Part shown: positions 54,631 to 64,000 of the stretch, in pieces
How the letters are laid out: each line of letters opens with the position of its first letter
Position numbering within the stretch: position 1 is the stretch's first letter
Source: Octopus vulgaris
Lineage: Eukaryota
Direction of reading: 5' to 3'
Assembly (NCBI GenBank): GCA_951406725.2
Contig: OX597827.1
Span: 56,048,001-56,112,000 of the forward strand
DNA length: 64,000 nt
Program-made: the position numbers and the translations under genes
The notes under the pieces: model-generated
The model's input: the letters and a program-made list of their open reading frames with translations, nothing else
The model's database searches: none
What the model was told of the DNA's origin: nothing

Positions 54631-55234
54631 GTTAGAAATTTTATATAGGCATGGTTTGTATGGTTGAGAAGTTCACTTTGCAATAATGTCCTGAGTTCCA
54701 CACCATTGCATTAGGCCTTGGACAGGTGTCTTCTAACAGAGTCTCATCTTGACTAATGCTTTGTGAGTGGAATCTAGTAGACCGAAACTTTGCAGAAGCT
54801 CCTCCACCCATCCTTGTGTGTGCATGTTTGTGTATATATATATGTATGTTTATATTGAACAGTGAGAATGACTGCTCAACACCGCATTGGTGGATAAAAT
54901 TTTTTTATTTGTAGGTTAACGAAGTTACCATCATCATCATTATCATTGTCATTTAACATCCATTGTCCATGCTGGCATGGGTAGGACTGTTTGATTGGGC
55001 TGGCACACTGGAAGGCTGCACCAGAGTCCAGTCTGATTTGGCATGGTTTTCTACACTCCAACCACTCCAAGAGTGTCATGGTTACCAATAGTTTCATATT
55101 GTTGGTCAGAATGTTAACATTGATTTGGGCTGACATTTGCACCTGGCAATATTGATGATTCTTCAGATATGCTGGCTGGAAGGATATTTTTTTTTTCAAA
55201 GAAATGGACAACTAAGTTACAATTTATTTATTTG

Positions 55235-55292
<58 letters not shown>

Positions 55293-55293
55293 C

Positions 55294-55850
55294 ATGAGGT
55301 TTGATCAAAAAGTATTGTAACTGGTGTTATAAAAAGAAAACTACAACACATATCAATTTGATATTTAATCTCTTTTGAAGTAGACCCTTTCTGAAGCCAA
55401 ACACTTGATCCAGAATCGTTTCCACTGATGGAAGCATTCCTGGAACTCCGTTTTTGGGATAACCAGCAGCTGCCTTGTTGTATTCTTCTGGATTTCCTTG
55501 ATGTCTTGAAATCTTGTTCCTTTCAAGAGAGATTTCATTTTTGGAAAGCAGTAAGGGTCATAGCCATAGACCCACAATTCATCACCTGTTATGATTGTTT
55601 TCAGAAAAGCTTTTGTCAACCTTGACACAGTCAAGGAGATCCTTTGCTGTTGAAACCTAACCTTCTTTGTGAGACAACCACACTCTACACCCTTTACTTC
55701 CAAGCACTGCTATAAACAATGGAAGTGAGTGTGAACATTATAATGTAGTGTGCATGTGCAATAGAGCTCAAGGTCAATCTCTACCAAAGGGCTTCACTAT
55801 ACATATTTAGCTCCATTACCATAGGCCTGATACATTTTGATCAGACCTCA
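55294..55850 (-). mobile_element. Internally deleted mariner element
   Basis: TIRs TGAGGTTTGATCAAAA / TTTTGATCAGACCTCA; IITGDELWVYGYDP and LKGTRFQDIKEIQ...W..RW.KC mariner motifs. Confidence 0.85.
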
Positions 55851-56174
55851 CATATATAGTGTTTATAATTATTTCTAATCAAACATTTTCAGTGAGATAA
55901 AATGTGCTTAAAACAGAGAAGTTTTTCATTGTCTTCTTGTAAATCTTGTTGTAACATCAGTCATTAATTTTTAAGTTTCTCCATGCTAACACAGGTTAAA
56001 CAGATATTATTGGGGCTTTGTTTTAACAACAGGATGTCCTTCTTGTCTCTAACCCTTACCTGTTTTTTTTTTTGTGCTTTACTCAATACATGAGTACACT
56101 AATTGGTGCATACTCATTAACTCATTAGTCCAAAATATTATATATATATGTGTGTGTGTGTGTATGTGTGTTTG

Positions 56175-56470
56175 CTCCTTCTCGAGTCACGCCTGGCTCA
56201 TAAAGGCCAGTTTCCCGGTTTCCTTGGTGTATAGGTTCCCCACCAGGACGGGACGACGGTCCGTCGCAGGTGAGCTGCAAGATGCAGGAGGAAAGAGTGA
56301 GAGAAAGTTGTGGCGAAAGAGTCAGCAGAAGTTCGCCATTACCTTCTGCTGGAGCCGCGTGGAGCTTAGGTGTTTTGATCATAAACACACACATCGCCCG
56401 GTCTGAGATTCGAACCTGCGATCCCTCGACCATGAGTCCGCTGCTCTAACCACTAGGCCATGTGCCTCCA
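56175..56470 (-). mobile_element. tRNA-derived SINE
   Basis: TGGCCTAGTGG A box and GGTTCGAATC B box on the minus strand; inverted relative to the 58160-58432 copy. Confidence 0.85.
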
Positions 56471-57394
56471 CACACACACATACACACACACCCTATGTAT
56501 GTATGTATGTATGTATATATATATATATATTTATATTTACACACTCTATGTAAATTCCATGCTTCCTGAAATTAATCAACACCATTCTATATATACCAGT
56601 TCCTATACACCATTTCCCTCTTTATAGCTCTTTTACATTCACTATTCTCTCTTTTAGTGCTGTGTTCTATGTATTACACAGGCACTTTTGGCACCTATCA
56701 TTGCTGTCTTTCTTTACTTGACTTATTGCTGCTTTCTGTTCCCTCTACTTTTTTAATGAATAGCTGTAGTGCACCTGAGCATTGTATACAATAAGTTCAT
56801 TATTATTGTTACTATTATTTCATTAGTTAACTAAAGCCCTGCAGCAAATACCTCAAAAACATTTTTCCAACATTCTAATGATTCTGCCAATCCTCAATAG
56901 TAATGCTGGTGACATTTTTATCATCATTGTCTGCTGGATTGTCTTCATAATCTTGATGACATCATCATTATAAATAAATCACAGCACAGTTAGCATTACC
57001 ATTATTATCCTCATCCTTAAGGCAGCGAATTGGCAGAAATGTTAGTACACCGGACAAAATACTTAGGAGCATTGCATCCATCTGTAAATTCTGAGATCAA
57101 ATTCTACTGAAGTCGACTTGGCCTTTCATCCTTTTGAGGTTGATAAAATAAGTACCAGTCTAGTGCTGGGGTCGATGTAATCAACTAGCCCCTCCTCCCC
57201 CAGAATTTTAGGCCTTTTGCCTTTAGTAGAAAGGATTATTATTTTCATGTTCATAATCTGACTTATCCCAACCATCACTGCAACCACCACTACCATCACC
57301 ATCATCATCATCATCATCATCATTGTGTTCATACCTCTTTGTAATTTATAATCATATTTGTTTACTTTCCCCTTAAAATCATTCTCTTCTATAG

Positions 57395-57614
57395 AAGCTT
57401 GATGAAGTATGGGCAAACATCTTGAGGTTTATCAATGCAAAGAAATACTGTCGAAATGGTGAAGACGCAATTGAAGGGTCTGGAGATGGTGAGACTATAT
57501 GTGATTTGGATGGCAGCACCGATGACAGTGATGGCTTGATAACAAATAACAAAAATGTCGATGAAAATGGTTTTGAGTTTGTTGATGGCAATGAAATTAT
57601 ACCTCTTAACACAA
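57395..57614 (+). CDS. Exon I of the same gene (acidic, C...EGSGDG...C motif)
   Basis: ttctatag|AAG ... ACAA|gtaagt; 220 nt, phase 0 to 1; KLDEVWANILRFINAKKYCRNGEDAIEGSGDGETICDLDGSTDDSDG... Confidence 0.88.
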
Positions 57615-58159
57615 GTAAGTAAAAATTTAGGAATTGTGTTAGGCAAACTTTGTGACTGAGATGGACGGACTGGTGGGTAGGCAATCTTTATCCTGACCTA
57701 ATATGACTGTTGTGTTAGAACACTGAATACTGCCCTATTTACCTTGAGAGGACCTCTGGTATGGACACATCATCATCATCATCATCATCGTTTAACGTCC
57801 GCTTTCCATACTAGCATGGGTTGGACGATTTGACTGAGGGCTGGTGAATCAGATGGCTGTACCAGGCTCCAATCTTGATCTGGCAGAGTTTCTGCAGCTG
57901 GATGCCCTTCCTAATGCCACATGGTGCATAAAAGCCTCATGTGTCCATATGATTTGTTTGTCATATGCTACTGGATGTCTGTCACTGAGGAGCCCAAAAC
58001 AGGTTGAAATTTCAGCAGCTATGGCAGATGGTTCTCATCTGACAATGATATAAATATGAGTACTTTTGTGCACCACGTATCTATATGAGAGGTCCTTTCA
58101 AGATAGATAATGCAATATTTGTCACGCTAACAAAGCATACATACATACTTGCATACATA

Positions 58160-58432
58160 GCCTAGTGGTTAGAGCAGTGGACTCGCGGTCGAAGGATCAC
58201 GGGTTCGAATCTCAGACTGGGTGATGTGTGTGTTTATGAGCAAAATACCTAAGCTCTACACAGCTCCGGCAGTAATGGCTGATTCTTTCGCCACAACTTT
58301 CTCTCACTCTTTCCTCCTGCATCTTGCAGCTCACCTGCGACGGACCGACATCCCGTCCAGGTGGGGAACCTATGCGCCAAGGAAACCGAGAAACTGGTCC
58401 TTATGAGCCAGGCATGGCTCGAGAAGGAACAA
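58160..58432 (+). mobile_element. tRNA-derived SINE (same family as 56175-56470)
   Basis: GCCTAGTGGTTAGAGCAG...GGGTTCGAATCTC; body complementary to the 56175-56470 copy. Confidence 0.85.
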
Positions 58433-58917
58433 ACAATGCATGCATGCACACACACACACTAAATAAATAGCTGTTTGTGACGTCCTGTAGAAGCACGATA
58501 ATATTAAATTATAATAGATTATATCTGCATTTGTCCATCTGTCTGGCCAGTCAGCTGGCTGTTCCCCTTCCCTCCTTTTGCAGAGCATGACATATAACTA
58601 TTTATTTACGATTCCATATGTTCTGTTACTAACACAATACAACCACTATAGTCTCTTTGAAATAGACAATATCTGTATTATCTTTATAGTACTTGTTGAT
58701 GTATAAGTACGCTCCATAATTATTATTGCATTGTTTACTTTCAGAAGAAATGGTGCTTATAGTATTGTACCTTTGAAACTCATATAAAGGATGAAATAAT
58801 TAAATTTATCACTGCTATTATTCTTTTGTGATCTAAAAGATTAAAAGAGTAATTTCTATACATATGTATATACAAATGGACATTCATACATTTATATATC
58901 CATTTATCTGTTTCTTC

Positions 58918-59170
<253 letters not shown>

Positions 59171-59639
59171 TATATCTACATGTTGTATGTATGTGTTTGT
59201 GCGTGCATGTGTGTGTGTGTGTGTGTGTGCGTGCATGCACATGTTTGTGTGTTTGTGTAAGTATTGTTGTTCTCTGTTTGTGTTTATTTATATATTTGTT
59301 CTGATTGAGTGGTCAACAAACACAAATCAGTCACTAGTTTCAATTGCTTTTTAATGATAAAGCCATGACTTTCCAATCAGCTCAGAGTTATCTCTTTTAG
59401 GAAGGCATAATGAGCTGAAAATGCTTCTAGGGTCAAAGAAATAGTATCAACACACTGAAAATGGTGTATTTGCATCTTTATCATAAGTGAGATTTTTTCC
59501 ATGATAAACTACAGTGAAATTACCTTTAGATGCTAAATCATGTCACAAAAATATTTGAACTAACCTGGAGTTTGTAGCATATTCTTGTATACTATTTCTA
59601 TATACCATTGTGTTTGTAAGATATATTTGTACTTAACAG

Positions 59640-59729
59640 AGAGACTGCTGGAAGCTTACATGGATGAGGCCTCTATCAAGAGTAAAAAGGTGCAGAAACG
59701 TTGCTATAATGTCCAGCAAGACATTCAAG
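59640..59729 (+). CDS. Exon J of the same gene
   Basis: ttaacag|AG ... AAG|gtatat; 90 nt, phase 1 to 1; KRLLEAYMDEASIKSKKVQKRCYNVQQDIQ. Confidence 0.8.
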
Positions 59730-60888
59730 GTATATAAAATTTTGTTTCTTTTAATCATGGTGAAGATGTGACAACTTTTTAGTGCTGGTGTACAGGAAAA
59801 GCATCCAGTACACTCTGTAAAGTGGTTGGTAATAGGAAGGGCATGCAGCCAAAGAAGCCAGGCTAAAATGAAATGTGAGCAAAAGAAAAGTTCACAAATT
59901 CATTTGAGTATGCAGTACACCTTGGATACCTGCTGGTTCCTACAAGGACAACCTAGCCAATCTATGCCAGCATGGAAAGTGGATATAAAACATTGTGTGT
60001 ACACACATATGCACACACATGTCGGTATAGTGGATTAGGTAAACTGTCTCAGAGAAAGAGAAAACCCAATTTGAAAAAAAAAAAGCTATTTTATTGTGGG
60101 AATTATAAAGTTTACTGGCTCACAAGGACATATAAAGACGTATGTATACATATACACACCCGTGCACACATGCACGCTCACAGACGCACACACACACATG
60201 CACACATATACACACACATTATACTCAGTGTAATGTACACTTGCTGTCATGGAGCTGACAAATATTTATAAAATACCTCCCTTGAAATGTCTTTCATCAC
60301 AACAATCAAGCGTCGAAGCAGTTTTGTGCCAACTTCAGCAATACTCACATGATTTATCAAAATACTTAGGAACATAAGCTCAATATTGTTTAAAATCAAA
60401 ACTAAATATTTTTTAAAGCATATAAAACAGGTTTTGAACATAAAATGTTTTTTTTATGCTTATAAACATAAAATATGCTTTTATATACATATATGAGATA
60501 GTATCAAAAAGTTCCTGGACTAGTTAATTCTCTTTTTAATAAACTCAGGAATTTCTTTCAAAATTCTTCTAAGTGAACTTAGGATTTACTTATAGGACTA
60601 GGAATACAATTGCAGATCTGTCTATGTGTTCAAACATACATACATTATATATATATAATATATATATATAACACTCAGCTGTAGAAATGAGTTGCGACGT
60701 CACAGGTGCCAAGCTGTATCGGCCCCTTTGCCTTTCCCTTGGATAACACTGGTGGCGTGGAGAGGGGAGGCTGGAATGCATGGGCGACTGCTGGTCTTCC
60801 ATAAACAACCTTGCCCAGACTTGTGACTAGGAGGGTAACTTTCTAGGTGCAATCCCATGGTCATTCATGACCGAAGGGGGTCTTTACC

Positions 60889-60950
<62 letters not shown>

Positions 60951-61207
60951 ATATATATATAGTGTAGACAGAGTTAGCAGTTATAATAACCAACTAAGGG
61001 ATAAAATATCCTTGACAATCAATGCTAGTGTGTTTATGTCCCTGTAACTTGATGGTTTGGCAAAAGAGGCCGATAGAATAAATACTAGGCTTACAAAGAA
61101 TAAGTCCTGGGGTCGATTTGCTCGACTAAAGGCCAGCATGACCACAGTCAAATGACTGAAACAAGTAAAAGAGAGTAATATATGTATATATATATATATA
61201 TATATAT

Positions 61208-61336
<129 letters not shown>

Positions 61337-61592
61337 ATATATATACCTGTGCTGATGACATGTACAAGACACCCTGAGCACTCTGTAAAGTGGTTGGTTT
61401 AAGCAAGGGCATCCACAAACCAATATTTACATGCTATTATTTATAGCTTTATCTGCTTCAAGTCTCCCACTTCCAGAAAAAGAATGTATATATAATATAC
61501 CCACTCTGTTACCTCATATACGGGTGCCTGGTTTTCTGACTCATGAAAATTTGCCGGAAATTGTCTGTCTGTCTATCTATTTCTTTCTTTCT

Positions 61593-61628
<36 letters not shown>

Positions 61629-62176
61629 TCAACTTCACTACTCATTTTAAATTATACCACACACACACACACCACACATGCCCACTAAGGTTACATCATT
61701 CAACAGTTAAAACAATGTGAAGCACATTGTGATTATTAATTATAGCGTTGGGCTTATAATCACAAGGTTGTGAGTTCAATTCCCAGACTGTGATGTGTGT
61801 TGTGTTCTTGAGCAAGACACTTTATTTCTTGTTGCTCCAGTTCACTCAGCTGTAGAAATGAATTGTGATGTCACTGGTGCCAAGTTGTATCAGCCTTTGC
61901 CTTTCCCTTGGACAAAATTGGTGGCATGGAGAGGGGAGGCTGGTATACATAGGCGACTGCTAGTCTTCCACAAACAAGCTTGCTCAGACTTTTGCCTCAG
62001 AGGGGAACATTCTAGGTTCAATCCCATGGTTATTCATGACCAGGGGTGGAGGCATTGCTTTATCCTATATATTCTCACCAGAGTCACATAATTAAGTTTA
62101 ATTGTATACTAACAATAACAACAAAAGTAATTTAAAGTGTCTTATAATTAATTAAAAATTTTTTTTTTTTTTCTAG

Positions 62177-63895
62177 ATTTGAAACCTAAGTTGGCTCAAG
62201 TATCCTCGGAACTATCCAGAACTGAAAAGTTAGCCAATAGTACCACTTTTCTCCAAACCCATATTTTTGAATTCCTGTCCAACAGAACCAAATATATAGC
62301 TGCTGAACTGAAAGAAACCACTGCTGAGCTTGAACTTATTCTGAATAAAATTGAGACCTTGAATAATTTGGCAGAGAAAGTTCTTGCAGATGAGGACAAT
62401 TTAAGAAAGCTCCTGGAAAAGAGGAAGAAAGAAAAAGAGAAGCGAATGGAAAAAGACAAAAAGAAGGCGAAGAATATGACTGGGAAAAAGAAGAAACCAA
62501 AGGGAAAGAAAAATGATAAACAGCGAGACAGATCTGAGGCATCAGGTGGGAAGCGTAAATCAAAGGTAAACACAACTGAAGAGGATGAGGATGAGTATGA
62601 TGAGGATGGTGATGATGATGGTGGTGTAGATGTGGTACCTCCCATCAGAAATAAAAAGAGAAAGAAGGAAAGAGATGAAATTAAAACAGAATCGGAAAGT
62701 GATGTGAGTCTTGGAGATGGGAAGAATTTAGGTAGTAAAGGAAACAGGAAGAAAGCTGATAAACATTCTGGCAGAAACGGGAATTCAGTGATTGTAAATA
62801 GACAAGATAAAAAGGTCAATGGACAAAGAAAGAGAGGTAAAAGTGATGTAAGCGAGAAGGAAGATGAGATTGAAGGAGAGAATAGAAAAGGGAAGAAAAG
62901 GAAGAAAGAGAGTAAAGGGAAAAGTGATGTAAAGAAAAAAGTTGAGGTGGAGGAAAAGAATGAAAAGGTGAAAAAAAAGAAACCACATGAAAAAGATGAA
63001 AAGGAAAATGACAAGATTGGTGGCAGTAAGGATAACAAGGAAGAAAATTGGTTGGATGTTTGGGAAGATTTGGTAAACTTTGAAAATATGGTCAGAAAGA
63101 ACGAAAGCCTAAAATTGGTAAGTGAAGAAACAAGTAGCAAAAAATCCAATAAAGCTGAACTTGAAAGAAAAACAACAAAAGATGAAAATAATGACAGGGA
63201 AGAAGTTTTGGTACTTAAAAAAGATGATTGGAGCAATAAGAAGAAGAATGGTAATGAAAAAAATGAAGGTAAAGATACTAAAAGCAAGAAAAGGAAAAGC
63301 AAGAGAAGGAAGGACATGAACAAGACAGAAAGTAAGGAGAAGGGTGGCAGTTCTAACACCAAGAAAGAAAATTGGTTAGATTTGTGGGAAAATTTGATAG
63401 AGTCTCAAGAATTGTTGAAGAAAGGTGGAAGTGAAGATTTAAATAGAAATGAAGAAAGTCAATTTCAAAATGAGCAAAATGTGGCTGAGAGAAAAGATGG
63501 ATATTATGAAAAGCAGCAAGAAAAAGAAGGAGGCAAGGAAATCAAAGATTTTGAAAAGGAGAATAGCAAGAATGTTGGTAACATAGTAAATATAAAGAAG
63601 CAGAAACATTATAAAATACTTACAAAAGAAGATCAAGAGTCGAGAAAGAATAAATTAAAATTGAAAATTAAAAAACTACAAAGATATAGAAGAGATTTGC
63701 GAAGCACTGACAAAAACAGGAGATCTTTTGATAGAAAGAGAGATGCCAGGCGGAGAAGACGGATGAGAAAGAAGAGAAGAAGAAATCCGCGTAGAAGGGA
63801 TAGAACACATGCAAGATTGCAGTCAGATAAAGCAGAAGATGAAGATGCTGTCGTAAAATTTGTCACAAAATTAAATAAGCAGATTGAAATTGATG
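62177..63895 (+). CDS. Exon K of the same gene (coiled coil plus long K/E/R-rich region); may instead run to the stop at 63903
   Basis: poly-T tract tttctag|AT, phase 1, joins in frame to the 574-aa ORF; candidate donor ATG|gtaatt at 63895/63896 just before the in-frame TAA. Confidence 0.88.
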
Positions 63896-64000
63896 GTAAT
63901 TAACTATTTTTAAAAATATTTTTGAACCAAGGCGCAGGAGTGGCTGTGTGGTAAGTAGCTTGTTTACCAACCACATGGTGACACCTTGGGCATGTGTCTT

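Noticed and set aside
62196-63362. 388-aa hydrophobic minus-strand ORF
   Set aside because: Antisense shadow of the purine-rich K/E/R exon K.

Overview
AT-rich eukaryotic DNA with dense microsatellites. The SINE families look like those of Octopus (coleoid cephalopod); this is inferred from repeat recognition, not a database search. The main feature is one large + strand multi-exon gene. Eleven exons (30728-63895) have canonical AG/GT borders and splice together with consistent phases into about 1215 codons of an unnamed protein. The protein alternates predicted coiled-coil segments with very Lys/Arg-rich inserts, and carries two R-x-R-R/D furin-type sites, an acidic EGSGDG motif and several N-glycosylation sequons. 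Its 5' exon was not found and it probably continues past the window. The rest is mostly nested mobile elements: Penelope-like element (PLE) fragments, hAT and Tc1/mariner fossils and MITEs, a gypsy fossil, RTE/CR1/RLE LINE pieces, a Helitron-like element and many tRNA-derived SINEs. The most unusual signal is a set of type-I hammerhead ribozyme motifs in three different repeat contexts: a direct-repeat pair around a PLE GIY-YIG tail (13720/14680), an inverted pair in a ~590-bp intronic palindrome (31968/32178), and one inside a tRNA-headed SINE (6805). CpG content also appears to drop at about 27 kb.
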